Both the position numbers and the translations under genes were made by a program. Positions 32,840-47,382 of a DNA stretch of 64,000 bases are shown here, in pieces. The notes beneath the pieces were generated by a model. The model made no database searches. It saw only the letters and a list, made by a program, of their open reading frames with translations, and was not told the DNA's origin. Positions within the stretch are counted from its first letter, which is position 1. Every line of letters starts with the position of its first letter. This DNA comes from the human T2T-CHM13v2.0 reference genome, Homo sapiens, in assembly GCF_009914755.1 (NCBI RefSeq), contig NC_060938.1; one strand, given 5' to 3'.

Positions 32840-33555
32840 GCCATTGTCCTTGAAGTTTTTAATAAACTACTCAATTTCAATACCCCCTCCTTTCAGTTTA
32901 AAAACCTGGAATCTAATTTCCAATCACACGACTCCACCGAAGCTACCATGTGGAGGTCATCTCTTACCCCCTAGTTAAATTTAACCCACTTGTCTGTCCT
33001 CATTTTAACCTTGCTTCTTCCTTTGGCTCTGCCAATTAGTCCTTCCTTTTCAACTCTCTCTCGGTTTCTGTGATATTTCATCTTCTAGATCTTCTCCTAC
33101 TTCTCTAATCAGGATTTCTTTGTTCTCTCATTGGTTTTAGCTCCTCTTTCTATCCCCTTACTGTTTATTGAAGTACAACATAAATAAAAGTCAGAAAGCA
33201 CAATTGTTCAGCTTCATAAATTTTTACAAAGTGTACCTTCCACTGTAATCAGCACCCAGATCAAGAAACAGAACATTGCTGTCACCCTAGAGGCCAATCA
33301 GCACCCCACCCTGAGATATCATAATCATTAGTCCTTAGCCTGCCTTTCTTCTTCTTCAACAAGTCACTTTTATGATTCAATTACCATTTCCATATTGATG
33401 AATTCCACATTGATATTTCAAGGTCTGATGTGTTGTGTGAAATCTTTGGCTCCTTCCCCTCCTTATCTCTTTATGCAGGTAAACATTAGACTCTAATCAT
33501 GTTATTTCTCAAGATGTTAAACTGTTTCCTTCTTTTCATTCCCATGTTACCACTA
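32840..33555 (+). mobile_element. L2 fragments interrupted by a short L1ME 3' end (33163-33310, minus)
   Basis: L2 motifs actccaccgaagct, ggtttctgtgata, ttcaattaccattt. L1ME motif cacccagatcaagaaacagaacatt. Confidence 0.55.
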
Positions 33556-34088
<533 letters not shown>

Positions 34089-36394
34089 ATGTATGCCTTC
34101 ACTATTTCACACTAGATTTATTGCAGTAACTTCTTATTTGGTCATATGAAGTCTAGATTCTCTCCAACTATCTTTGCATAGCTTCCCTGTTAGAGCTACT
34201 CAAACACTTTTCATTTTCATCATTTTCTTGCTCAGTATAGGGTCAAACTTCCTTTTTCTGCCAATCAAAGCCTCTATTACAACAAAAGCAAGAAGTACAG
34301 GCATTAAAGAAGGAAGTAGGGGTGTATAATATTCACACCACATGCTACTATTTCTTCAATGACTGTGCTTATTTTCATCCTCTCTCAATAAGCCTTATGC
34401 CCAGATATATCCCAGTGTTATTAAGGTGCTCCAGTCCTCATTCCCTGTATGCAGTTCCCTCTTCCATCCCATCTGTCCCATCAAAGCTTGCACACGCTTC
34501 ACAGTTGGCTGCAGTTCTACGACCTCCTCATACAGTTCCAAATCCTATCACCTTTGCCTTTTCTAACATCCTGTAACATTTGTAGGTTGTAACACAGAAC
34601 TTATGTCTTGATTGTCTGTTGTCTTAAATTATTTCCTCATAGACATGAAGCTCCCCCAAAGCAGAGTGCATTATTTCTGCTTTTCTAGAAGCTACTGGGC
34701 ACATAGAGAAAACTTAATAAATACTGGTAGCTTTGACTTCTAAACTTTATGAGTAAATTATTATTAGCTGTTAGAATTATTGTTCAGAAAGCAATGCTAT
34801 AGTCCCTGTTGCCACAGTAGGCTCCACAAACTGCATTTTTAGTTATACCCCAAAGCCTCAGCATAAATTAGAATCTAGAAATTCAGGTGATTGAACACAA
34901 CAGGTGAAGAATATTCTACAGAAGGTTGTAGCTCAAAAAGCCTTCAGTTTTATACAGTTTTATATTTTAAATCACTTCCAATTTGTCATTCTAGGTACAG
35001 CACCTTAGAAGTGGCATATTTCACATTTAGTATGTTTTCATCATTGACAGAATATTCATTTTCTTAATACTTAGTCAATATTGCTTAAAAATCACATCCA
35101 GCATTTTTTAATCATATTTTTTTCTGGTTTCCAAAGCTAAAAAATAGACTTTATTGCAAATAATCAAAAAAGTAATTTGGAAGAACTTAAATTTGAATGA
35201 AATGTAAAACTCCAAAGCAATACATATACACACACTTGAAAATATATTTTTTAAAAGGTAAGACTTCACTTGCAGTGAGTTCAAATGCTTGGTGTGAAGT
35301 TGTCAGAACTCAGAATTGTGTGATCAGACTACAGAAAGAAAGTAAACTCCCTAAGTCAACCTAAGAATAATGCAGTCAAGGTAGAAAGAATAGCAAGCTA
35401 CAAGATCAGGCTAGGTAATTTTCCTATAATAGTACTCCCCAAGAAAATATTTTGAAAGGTTCATTGTGACCCAAAAATATTTTGCTGCAGTTCAGTAACA
35501 TTATCATATGTAAGTCCAAATAAAAAATAATAATTAATGAATACCCAACAAGGTGGGCAGAGCTTCCAGCATCCATATAATGAAAGACCTTTCTAGTCTG
35601 TGCTTCTCAAAGTCATAACAGCACACACATAAATGTCATCCAAAAATCCTAAATTACAAATAACATTTATTTTCAAGGCCCTGTCTCTTCTTTCCTGCCA
35701 CCTCATGATTTTTGTTTTGTTTTTGGGTTTTTTTTTTTTTTTTGGAGTTTTCTGGAATACAAAACTATAAACCATAAAAAAATTCAGCAATATTTAGAGC
35801 TTAGTGATTAGGATAAAGAAAGTTTATGGAGATTAAATGGCCTCTGGGACAACCTAATTTGCTGTGATTTCTTTGTGTTGATGGCAAAGTATTGCAATTC
35901 ATTGTTCGCTCCATGATTACTTCAGGATGCTCTTCCTAATCTCTTTCTTGCACCCTCAGGACTCAAGAGTGACCCTTTTTCAAGGGCTTTTGGGACCTCT
36001 GTTCACTGACTGGGAGAAGAAAACACAACACCAAGGTGAAGGCCCAAGGGCAAATGTAAATTTGACCTGGGTTCTGCTCCAACAGACTTCTTGTCATTTA
36101 GCAGCACTATAAATTTTAATATGATTCTTATTTCAACTCAGTGGCTTACTTTTAATCTTCAATCTTCGGAAGATATTGATCATATTCATCAGGTCATAGA
36201 TGTGTCCTGGCTGCCACCATCAAGGCTTTTGTAGAGTAGCATACTCAGTTTTGGCTTAAATCCTTAGTTATTTTATTCTTTATGAAAATCATTTCTAATT
36301 TTCATTTTCATTGCTTTCTGTTTCACCCTGACAGTTACTTTAACTTCAAAAATATTATCACTAATCATAATTGACCAACTTAAACATTTATATA

Positions 36395-36850
36395 TCTAAT
36401 ACTCATTTATCATTCTTTCAAACCACAGGTACTAGGTAACTACTGCATATATAGGCACTGAGTCCAGATCTGGGAACATCATAATAATTAAGGCAAATAC
36501 AGCATTTGTCTTTGTGAAACTCATGGCTCGGTGGAGAGATGCAGGTGGTAATCAACTAAGCATAAAACAAATGTAAAATTGCTATTGCATCAAATATTAT
36601 GCAAAAGAGGCATACCGTGCTATGAGAACCCATACACAATATTTTTTGGAAGATTAGATCATTCTTTCCTGAAGAAATGATGTTGGAACTAGATCTGAAG
36701 GATGAGTAGGAGTTGAACCAGGCAGAGGGGAGAGGTGAGTGTACTAGGTATGGTGAATAACATTACGAAGACCCTGTGGTAGAAGGCTACCTAGGGAGTA
36801 CAAGGGATTGAGAGAAAGTCAGTGTGGCTGAGCAGAGAGAGCAAGGGGGG
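36395..36850 (-). mobile_element. L2a 3' portion
   Basis: gatctgaaggatgagtaggagtt and cagtgtggctgagcagagagagcaagggg. Confidence 0.75.
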
Positions 36851-36869
36851 TTTTCGTGTAAGAAGGATC

Positions 36870-37260
36870 TAAGTCCTGTTGATTCCACTTTCAGACTATC
36901 TCTTGATTGTGTCCATTTCTCTCAGTCTCCACTTCTGCTACCCTACCTAAGAATATAATCAAATACAGGTCTCTCCTAGAATAATGCATCTGCCTACTAT
37001 CCACTCTTATTATTTCACTCTTGTCCCCTCCAGTTGATTCTCTGTATTGTAGCCAGTGATCTTTTCCATGCAAATTAATCACTTCTCTGCTTAACACCAA
37101 TCAGTAGCATTCTACTTTTCGTATGTTAATAAATCTATCAGAACTACCTGAATGCCTTCAATGCTCCTGACACTCTGGCCTTCTCTCTATACCTCCAGAG
37201 AACACATGTGCAAGCTATTCCCTCTACATGGAAGTTTCTTACCTCTCCACCTGGCAACCA
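36870..37260 (+). mobile_element. L2 fragment
   Basis: aagtcctgttgattccac, gccagtgatctttt and acttctctgcttaaca motifs. Confidence 0.7.
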
Positions 37261-37274
37261 GATGTGGCTTCCTT

Positions 37275-37378
37275 AAACAGGGCTTTGGTGATTAAAACCT
37301 CAGCCCCAACTAGGACAGAGTTGGGGGTGAGGCCCAAACAGGGCCCTGGTGATAAAAACCTCACCCCCAACTACGACA
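37275..37378. repeat. 43-bp direct repeat pair flanking an inverted 14-bp copy
   Basis: Units 37275-37317 and 37336-37378 are 38/43 identical. 37319-37332 is the reverse complement of 37359-37372. Confidence 0.9.
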
Positions 37379-38410
37379 TCCTGCTTGGGGAATGTGGTTG
37401 ACTTTTATTTTATTCTCCATATTTTTGCCTATACATTCTGAATTCTTACAATGACTATGTGATGGTTTTATAAGAAAGGTGTAAATATTATTCATTTAAA
37501 AAGAACAAAAAAGGAGGGAGAAAAAGTTCTGATTCACTTTTCTTTTGGACATTTTGTGACTATCTTTGAACCTATCAGTTACAGTCAGTGCTGCCAAAAT
37601 GAGGTCATAGATCTACCTCCGGTTTCCAAACATGATGCTGCAAATTAAGGCTCCTTTTGATCTAGGACATTTTTCATTCTGCTAAAAATAATTTTTGCAT
37701 GAAAGCTACTAGGCAGTCTGACATGAGACAATTTGCTTTAAAATGTTCTTGATGTGGTAACAAAAGATCCTGGATGTACTGATCTAATTCTTTGTTCTAC
37801 AGAGAAGACTCAGTTATTTTTTGTGTTGTACATACCACTATTGTTTGTAGGATTAAAAGATTCTTGTGGGTATAGACCTTCCACATAAGCTTTGAGACAA
37901 ACAAAAGGATAAAATTAATTATATAAATCAGGAAAAATCTGGCATACCAAAAGCTAATCTATGGTGTAATGTGTACACTTAGCAATACTAACTTTGAGTA
38001 TGTATTGTTGATCCAATGCTAAGTACCATACAAGATTTCCTCCAGGATTGAAAGTGCATTGTTCAGCTCTTGGAATGAATTCTTAAGATCTCTCTATATA
38101 TTAAGAACCATGGAATAAGAATCCAATTAACATGGAATAGATTCACAACTAACAGTGTAGCCCACAGTGTGAGTACCTTTATTTTTAGCACACAATGCAC
38201 TAAAGAAGATCTACATCCCGTTTACCGTCTGAATCCTGCACAAGTCCATCTTTCATACCGACTTGAACATTCTTAGGCAGATGCTACAACATAAGTAAGC
38301 CATTCTGTAACCACAACTTTGCTTGACTAAGTAAAACACTCAAAAGTACTTAATATAACAAACTTTATTAATACATTGAAAAGAAGTTCCAGGCAAAACT
38401 TAGCGTTTCC

Positions 38411-38785
38411 TTATTTTTTCTTCAACTTTAAGTTCAGGGGTACATGTTCTAGATGTGCAGGTTTATTACATAAGTAAACATGTGCCATGGTGGTTTGCTG
38501 CACAGATCATCCCATCACCTAGGTAGTAAGCCCAGCATCCATGAGCTATTCTTCCTGATGATCTCCTTCCCCCTGGCCCCACAATGACAGTCCCCAGTGT
38601 GTGTTGTTCCCCTCCAATGTTTCCATGTGTTCTCATCATTCAGCTCCAACTTATAAGTGAGAACATGTGGTGTTTGCTTTTCTGTTCCTGCATTAGTTTA
38701 CTGAGGATAATGGCTTCCAGTTCCATCCATGTCCTGATCCTTTTTATGGCTGCATAGTATTCCATGGTGTATATGTACCACATTT
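38411..38785 (-). mobile_element. L1 3' end (about L1PA11/12)
   Basis: gctgcacagatcatcccatcacctagg...gctattcttcctgatg 3'UTR type; ends at gtaccacatttt. Confidence 0.88.
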
Positions 38786-41700
38786 TTTTAAAACTTTAAG
38801 TTCCGGAACACATATGCAGAATGAGCAGGTTTCTAATATAGGTACACATATGCCATGGTGGTTTGCTGCACCTATTGACCCATCCTCTAAGTCCCCTCCC
38901 CCGACTCCCCATCCCCCAACAGGCCCAGTATGTGTTGTTCCCCTCCCTGTGTCCATGTGTTCTTATTGTTCAATTCCCACTTATGAGTGAGACATGTGGT
39001 GTTTGGTTTTCTGTTCCTGTGTTAGTTGGCTGAGAATTATGGCTTCCAGCTTCATCCATGTCCCTGCAAAGGACATGATCTCATTCCTTTTTATGGCTGC
39101 ATAGTATTCCATGGTGTATATGTACCACATTTTCTTTATCTCGTCTATCATTGATGAGCATTTGGGTTGGTTCCAAGTCATTGCTATGGTAAATAGCACT
39201 GCAATAACCATACATGTGCATGTGTCTTTATAATAGGATAATTTATATGCCTTTGGGGATATACCCAGTAATGGGATTGCGGGGTGAAATGGTGTTTCTG
39301 GTTCTAGATCCTTGAGGAATCCCCACACTGCCTTCCAGAATGGTTGAACTAATTTACATTCCCAACAACAGTGTAAAAGCATTCCTATTTCTCCACAGCC
39401 TCAACAGCATCTATTGTTTCTTGACTTTTTAATAATCACCATTCTGACTGTCATGAGATGGTATCTCATTGTGGTTTTGGTTTGCATTTTTCTGATGATC
39501 AGTGATGTTGAGCTTTTTTTCATATGTTTGTCGGCCGCATAAATGTCTTCTTTAGAGAAGTGCCTGTTCATATCCTTTGCACACTTTTTGATGGGGTTGT
39601 TTTTTCTTGTAAATTTGCTTAAGTTCCTTGTAGATTCTGGATATTACACCTTTGTTGGATGCGTAGATTGCAAAAGTTTCCTCCCATTCTTTAGGTTGCC
39701 CGTTCACTCTGATGATAGTTTCTTTTGCTGTGCAAAGCTCTTTAGGTTAATTAGATCCCATTTGTCAATTTGCCTTTTGTTGCAATTGCTTTTGTCATTT
39801 TTGTCATGATCTTTGCCCATGCCTATGTCCTGAATGGTATTGCCTAGGTTTTCTTCTAGAGTTTGTATGGTTTGGGGTTTACGTTTAAGTCTTTAATCCA
39901 TCTTGAGTTAATTTTTGCAAAAGGTGTAAGGAAAGGGTCCAGTTTCAGTTTTCTGTATATGGCTAGCCAGTTTCCCCAGCACCATTTATTGAATAGGGAA
40001 TCCTTTTCCCATTGCTTGATTTTGTCAGGTTTGTTGAAGATTGGATTATTGTTGATGTGTGGTCTTATTTCTGAGGTCTCTATTCTGTTCCTTTGGTCTA
40101 TATGTCCGTTTTGGTACAGTACCATGCTGTTTTGATTCCTGTGGACTTGTAATATAGTTTGAAGTCAGGTAGCATGATGCCTCCAGCTTTGTTCTTTTTG
40201 CTTAGGATTGTCTTGGATATATGGGTTCTTCTTTGGTTCCATATGTAATTTAAAGTAGTTTTTTCTAATTCTGTGAAGAATGTCAATGGTAGTTTGATGG
40301 GAATAGCATTGAATCTATAAATTATTTTAGGCAGTATGGCCATTTTCACAATATTGATTCTTCCTACCCATGAGGATGGAATATTTTTCCATTTGTTTGT
40401 GTCCTCTCTTATTTCCTTGAGCAGTGGTTGGTAGTTCTTCTTGAAGATGTCCTTCATGTCCCTTGTTAGCTGTATTCTTAGGTATTTTATTCTCTTTGTA
40501 GCAAGCGAATGGGAGTTCACTCATAATTTTGCTCTCTGCTTGTCTATTGTTGGTGTAGAGGAATGCTTGTGATTTTTACACATTGATTTTGTTTTCTGAA
40601 ACTTTGCTGAAGTTGCTTATCAGCTTAAGAAGCCTTTGGGCTGAGACGATGGGGTTTTCTAAATACAGAATCATGAATCATGTTGTCTGCAAACAGAAAC
40701 AATTTGACTTCTTCTCTTCCTATTTGAATACCTTTTATTTCTTTCTCTTGCTTGAATTCCCTGGCCAGAACTTCCAATACTATGTTGAATAGGATTGGTG
40801 AGAGAGGGCATCCTAGTCTTCTACTGGTTGTCAATGGGAAATCTTTCAGCTTTTGCACATTCAGTATGATATTGGCTATGGGTTTGTCATAAAATAAGTT
40901 CTTATTATTTTGAGATATGTTCCATCAATGCCTAGTTTATTGAGAGTTTTTAACCTGAAGGGATGTTGAATTTTATCAAAGGCATTTTCTGCATCTATTG
41001 GGTTAATCATGTGGTTTTTGTCTTTGGTTCTGTTTGTATAATCAATTATGTTTATTAATTTGCATATGTTGAACCAGCCTTGCATCCCCGGGATGAATGT
41101 GAATTGATCATGGTGGATATGTTTTTTGATGTACTGCTGGAATTCATGTGTCAGTATTTTCTTGAGGATTTTCACATTGACCTTCATCAGGGATATTGGT
41201 CTGAAGTTTTCTTTTGTGTTGTTGTTGTGTCTTTGCTAGGTTTTGGCATCAGGTTGATGCTGCCTTTATAAAATGAGTTTGAGGGGAGTCCCTCCTTTTC
41301 AATTGTTTGGAATAGTACCTCTGGTAGAATTCTGCTGTGAATCCATCACATCCTGGGCTTTTTTTGGTTAGTAGGCTATTAATTACTGCCTAAATTTCAG
41401 AACTTGTTATTTATCTACTCAGGGATTTGACTTCTTTCTGGTTTAGTCTTGGGAGGGTGCATGTGTCCAGGATTTTATCCATTTCTTCCAGATTTTCTAG
41501 TTCATTTTGCATAAACGTGTGTATAGTATTCTCTGATGGTAATGTGTATTTCTGTGGCATCAGTGGCAATATTCCCTTTATCATTTTTTATTGTGTCTAT
41601 TTGATTCTTCTCTCTTTTTTATTAGTCTAGATAGAAGTCTATTTTGTTGTTGTTGTTTTTTTTTTTTTTTTTTTTTTTCCAAAAAAAACAGCTCCTGGAT

Positions 41701-44700
41701 TTATTGATTTTTGGAGCACTTTTCTTGTCACTATATTCTTCAATTCTGCTCTCATCTTAATTATTTCTTGTCTTCTGCTATCTTTTGTATTTGTTTGCTC
41801 TTGTTTCTCTAGCTCTTTTAATTGCAATGTTAGGATATTGACTTGAGATCTTTCTAGCTTTCTGATGTGGGCATTTAGTGCTATAAACTTTCCTCTTAAC
41901 ACGGCTTTAGACGTGTTAAGTGTTATGTTGTCTCTTTGTTCTCATAGGTTCCAAAGAACTTCTTGATTTCTGCCTTAATTTCATTATTTACCCAGGAGTC
42001 ATTCAGGAGCAGGTTGTTCAATTTCCATGTAATTGTGTGGTTTGGGAGTGAGTTTCTTAATCCTGAATTTTAATTTGATTGCACTGTGGTCTGAGAGGCT
42101 GTTATGATTTCAGTTCTTTTGCATTTACTGAGGAGTGTTTTACTTCCAATTATGTGGTAGAATAAATATCATGGGGCACTGAGAAGAATGTATATTCTCC
42201 TGATTTGGGGTGGAGAGTTCTGTAGCTGTTGGTTAGGTCCATTTTATCCAGAGCCAAGTTCAAATCCTGAATATCCCTGTTAATTTTCTGCCTTGTTGAT
42301 ATGTCTAATATTGACAGTGGGGTGTAAAAATTTCTCACTATTATTGTGTGGGAGTCTAAATCTCTTTGGAGGTCTATAAGAACTTGTTTTATGAATCTGG
42401 GTGCTCCTGTATTGGGTGCATGTATATTTACAATAGTTAGCTCTTCTTGTTAAATTAATTGCTTTACCATTATGTAATGCCCTTCTTTGTCTTTTTTGAT
42501 CTTCGTTGGCTTAAAGTCCATTTTGTCAGAGACTAGGTTTGCAACCCCTGTTTGTTTGCTTTCCATTTGCTTGATAAATTTTCCTCCATCCCTTTATTTT
42601 GAGCCTACGTGTGTCTTTGCACCTGAAATAGGTCTCCTAAATACAGCACACTGATGGCTCTGGACTCTTTATCCAATTTGCCAGTCTGTGTCTTTTAATT
42701 GGGGGCATTTAGCCCATTTACATTTAAGGTTACTATGGTTATATGTGAATTTGATCCTGTCATCATGATGCTATCTGGTTATTTTGCACAGTAGTCGATG
42801 CAGTTTCTTCATAGTGTCATTGGTCATTGGTCTTTATAGTTTGGCGTGTTTTTGCAGTGGCTGGTACCGCTTTTTCCTTTCTATATTTAGTGCTTCCTTC
42901 ATGAACTCTTGCAAGGCAGTCCTGATGGTGACAAAATCCCTCAGCATTTGCTTGTCTGAAAAGCATTTTATTTCTCCTTTGCTAATGAAGCTTAGTTTGG
43001 CTAGATATGAAATTCTGGTTTGAAAATTATTTTCTTTATAAATGTTGAATATTGGTCCCCACTCTCTCCTGGCTGCAGGGTTTCTGCTGAGAGATCCACT
43101 CTTTGTCTGATGGACTTCCCTTTGTAGGTGACCTGGCCTTTCTCTCTGGCTGCTCTTAACATTTTTTTCTTCATTTTGACCTTGGAGAATCTGATAAGTA
43201 TGTGTCTTGGGGGTAATCTCATGGTATATCTTAATGGTGTTCTCTGTATTTCCTGAATTTGAATGTTGGTCTGTCTTGTGAGGTTGGGGAAGTTCTCCTG
43301 GATAATATCCTGAAGTGTGTTTTCCAGTGTGTTTCCATTCTGTCTTTTTCCAGTATTCCAATCAATCATAGGTTCAGCGTTTTTACATAGTCCCATATTT
43401 CTCGGAGGCTTTGTTTGTTCCTTTTCATTCTTTTTTTCTCTAATCTTATCTGCATGCCTTATTTCAGCAAGGTGGTCTTCAAACTCTGATATCCTTTCTT
43501 CTGCTTTCAATTTGGCTATTGATATTTGCATTTATGTTCCTCTCTAAACTGGTTATTCTAATTAGCAGCTCCTTTAAACTTTTATCTGGTTCTTAGCTTC
43601 TTTGCATTGGGTTAGAACATGCTGTTTTAGCTCAGTGGAATTTGCTATTACACATCTTCTGAAGCCTACTTCTGTTAATTCATCCATCTCATCCTTTGTC
43701 CATTTCTGCACCCTTGCTAGAGAGGCGTTGCGGTCATTTGGAGAAGAGGTACTCTGGCCTTTTGGGTCTTCAGCGTTTTCTCATTGATTCTTTCTGATCT
43801 TCATGAGTTTGTCTAGTTTTGATATTTGAGGCTGCTGACCCTTGGATGGGGTTTTTGTGGGGACTTTTGTTGTTGATGCTGTTGACGTTGTTTTCTGTTT
43901 GTTTTTCTTTCAATAATCAGGTCCCTCTTCTGTAGGGCTGCTGTGGTTTGCTGGGGGTTCACTTCAGACCCTATTCATTTAGTTTGCTCCCACACCTGGA
44001 GATGTCACTCAAGAAGGCTGGAGAACACCAAAAATGGGTGCCTGCTCCTTCCTCTGTGATGTCTGACCTTGAGGGGTGCCAACCTAATGCCTGTATAGGG
44101 TGTCTGACAACCCCTATTGGAGGGTCTCACCCAATTGGGTGGCATGGGGAACAAGACCCATTTAATAAAGCACTTTGACTGTGCCTTAGTGGAAGGGGTG
44201 TGCTTCACTGGGGGGAAACCCACCCATCTGGGCTGCCTGGATTCCTCAGATCTAGCAGGAGGAAAAGCTAAGTCTGCTGGTCCATGGATACTATGGCCAC
44301 CACTTCCCCAGAGGCTCAGGCCCAGGGAGATCAGAGTTCTGTCCCTGAGCCCCTGGCTGGAGTTTTTCGAGTTCTCGAAGGGAGGCCCCACCTAGTGAGG
44401 AGGGATGGGTCAGGGTCAGGCCTGAAGAGGCGCTATGGCCACAGTCTGCCACAGCCCGTATATTGGGCTGGGGGGACACCTGTTGGGACCAAGCTGTCCA
44501 GCCTCCCTGACTCCAGCAGGGGAAAAGCATGGCCTGTAGCTATAGAGATGGCTGCCTCCCTTCCCCTTCCCAGGGAGCCTAGAATGTTAGGCAGCTATCA
44601 GTCCCAGTGCTGGCTGCTGACCTTCCCACAAGGAGCTCAAATGGCTTAGACTGCAGGCAGTCGCAGCTATGGTGCTGTCGGCCCCTGCTCCTGGGAACTC

Positions 44701-45046
44701 AGCAGGCTTAAGCAGATTCTAGTTGAGAGACAGTTGAGAATCTGTGCAGATCTGGGGTTGGGTCCCTAGGCCCTGGTGGCATGGGTTCACAAGTGGGATC
44801 TTCCAATCCATGGGTTTCACAGTTCTATGGAGAAAGCACAGTTTCCTGCGCTGGGTAGTATGCTTGCTCACTGCCTTCCTTGGTGCAGGGGTAGGGGCTC
44901 CCCTGCCCTGTGTGGCTCTCAGGTGGGCCGCTGCACCACATTGCTGTTCTTTCCTCTCTGTGGGTCACGCCAGCCACCTAGTCAGTTCTGATGAGAGAAC
45001 CTGGATACTTTGGTTGCCGGTGCAGGATTCACACATTATTATGGTT
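38786..45046 (-). mobile_element. near full-length LINE-1 (about L1PA8A/10), first ~55 nt missing; inactive
   Basis: Second 3'UTR at 38786, ORF2 fragments (38981-39382, 40098-40520, 40876-41187), ORF1 fragments (42834-43531), and 5'UTR to 45046. Confidence 0.95.
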
Positions 45047-46984
45047 CCCAAAGAGTCTATCCCAACTCCACTGAGTCCTTGGACATTTGGCCTTGAGATT
45101 TCAAGGCCATATGCATTTTTCTTGTTTGAGATAAGAAATGGGTACAGCTAAAGGAGACTAACTATGACATCTTCCATATTTTTTATCTGCCACAAATTTA
45201 CACTTTGCACCACTCTGCGGGGTCCTCATAGTGACCCATCTACTGTCTAAGATACATCTGGCATGACTGCTTCCTTCAGTCAAACTCTAATGCTGCACTT
45301 CCTACCCCACTCTACCCTAAGCCTTGGTCCCTCCAGTTCAATCTCTTCAGAACTTATTTCTGGATAGGGTCAATAAAATCATTTATGCTAAAATTAAACT
45401 GTGTTAAAATGTTCTTCTTCTTGCATAATATATTTTTATTTTTGGCAAGTTTTTTGTCTATTTTGTAGAAGGGAGTCCTTTTTTTTTCCCTTTAAGTCAA
45501 CACCCTAACCAAAACAAATTAATGAAAACTTCGGTACCTCAGAAGACAAGCAAAATCATATGATTATATATAATAATTCTTATATATATATAAATTAAAA
45601 TGTGAATTTCAAGATGTTCAAGTCACTCATAAAGTCAACAGCTTAAGATATATACAAATTAAAAAGTGCTTCTTGTGCACACATTTGATTCAAATATCTA
45701 CCCTGGCACATATCTAGATTTTATTCTGGAGAAAAACAATAAAAATTCAACGAGAATAACTGAATTTGAAACAAAGAAATTCTGTGTTTCAGAGACATCC
45801 AAAAATTCAAAATTGAATATTAAAACTCATCTCCAGGATCAATTTTGTTTTTAAAAACAATTTTAAAAATCAGTGGAATGCAGAAGTGAAAATAAATAGG
45901 AATCCATCATATAAAAATTCATTCTGCCTAGCCATATGTCCAATGTTCTCTTTTACCTACCCACATCCACAACTGAAAAGTGTTGTTTTTGTTGGACCCT
46001 AAGAGTTACATTACTCAGTCACAGTGAAATCATGATTGCTATGGATCTTGTACTATTGTGCAACACATAAGCTAGGATTGCAGCACTTGTGTAGTTTAGA
46101 TATAGAGTTAAAATATTTAATGTGAAATACATAATTTTGAAATAAACGTCTCTCAAAGCAAGATTGCTTTAGTATATTTTATCACGTAACCTAATGGTAT
46201 ATTATGTAACCACTTAAAAGTACATTTAAAATGCTATATAGAAGTAATAAAATGTTTATAACTTTATAAAAAAGTTGAAATAGAACATGCCATATAATAA
46301 CTCTAAATATAAACAATTAAAGGCTTAGAAAGCAATATGCAAAAAAAGAAAGTTGTGATTAAGTAATTAGATTAAGAATGATTTATTATGATTTTTCTTC
46401 AATGTTGGTAATAATTTCAACTAAAAATAACAAAGTTAATGTTTTCATATTTAGCTGTGACTTTCTGCTGTTAACAGATACTCACGGATGTGCTTTCAAA
46501 TTGTGGAAAGTCATAAAATCATCTGCCTTTCAGTATATTATGATAGCAATATTCTTTTAAACACCAAATTGTGGAACGTATATACCCCATTTAAGGCATT
46601 CCATATTTAAGATTTCTCATCTGATTTCATCATTTCTTCTTGGTGAGTGCTATTGGCTGATGAGTTTATTTATTTTCCTTTGGTTCAGAGCAAATATTTT
46701 CACTATTCAAATTATGCTTTGAACATCATACTACTAATTACACACAAAGTATGGTTCCTTCATAATCTTTTATGACATTATCAATAGAAAGCAAATCAAT
46801 GCATATCTCCAACCAAGAATTCCAAGTTCGTGCAGCTTATACAAACATCAGTTTGACTAGAAATATGTATATGTTTATTTTTATTTTCTGACTAGAAAGA
46901 AAAGAACAACTGAAGAATGTTAATGACCCCACTTACATAAAAATGTATAGGTGACTATCAGACTTTTGAAACATTATGTATATA

Positions 46985-47382
46985 TAGTCATGCCTCATTT
47001 AATGATAGAAATATGTTCTGAGAAATATGCCATTGGGTGATTTTGTCATTGTGGGAAATCATGCAGCATACTTACAAAAATCTAGATGGCATAGCTCACT
47101 ACACACTTAGGCTATAAGATATAGCCTATTGCTCCTAGGCTACAAGCTTGTATATGTATAGCATGTTACTGTATTGAATACCATAAGCAATTGTGACACA
47201 ATTGTATTTGTATATCTAAACATATTTGAATATGGAAAAAGTAATATGTTACACTATGACCTTATGACAGTTGTGATGTCACTAGGTGGTAGGAATTTTT
47301 CTACTCCATTAGAATCTTATGGGACCATCATCATATACGTGGTCATTCATTGACCAAAATGTCATTATGCAGGGCATGACTG
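46985..47382. mobile_element. Tigger3-family MITE (TcMar)
   Basis: TIRs tagtcatgcc / ggcatgactg with TA on both sides; internal gcctattgctcctaggctac. Confidence 0.9.

Noticed and set aside
36395-37260. Opposite-strand L2 pieces resembling a twin-primed inversion
   Set aside because: The plus piece extends (37200-37260) into sequence also covered by the minus piece and no TSD is visible; two independent L2 copies is simpler.
37275-37378. Repeat-spacer-repeat resembling a minimal CRISPR array
   Set aside because: Only two units, the spacer is an inverted copy of the unit, the context is eukaryotic and there are no cas genes.
38190-38290. Short open frames with possible splice sites on both strands
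   Set aside because: Weak donors, early stops and no recognisable peptide.
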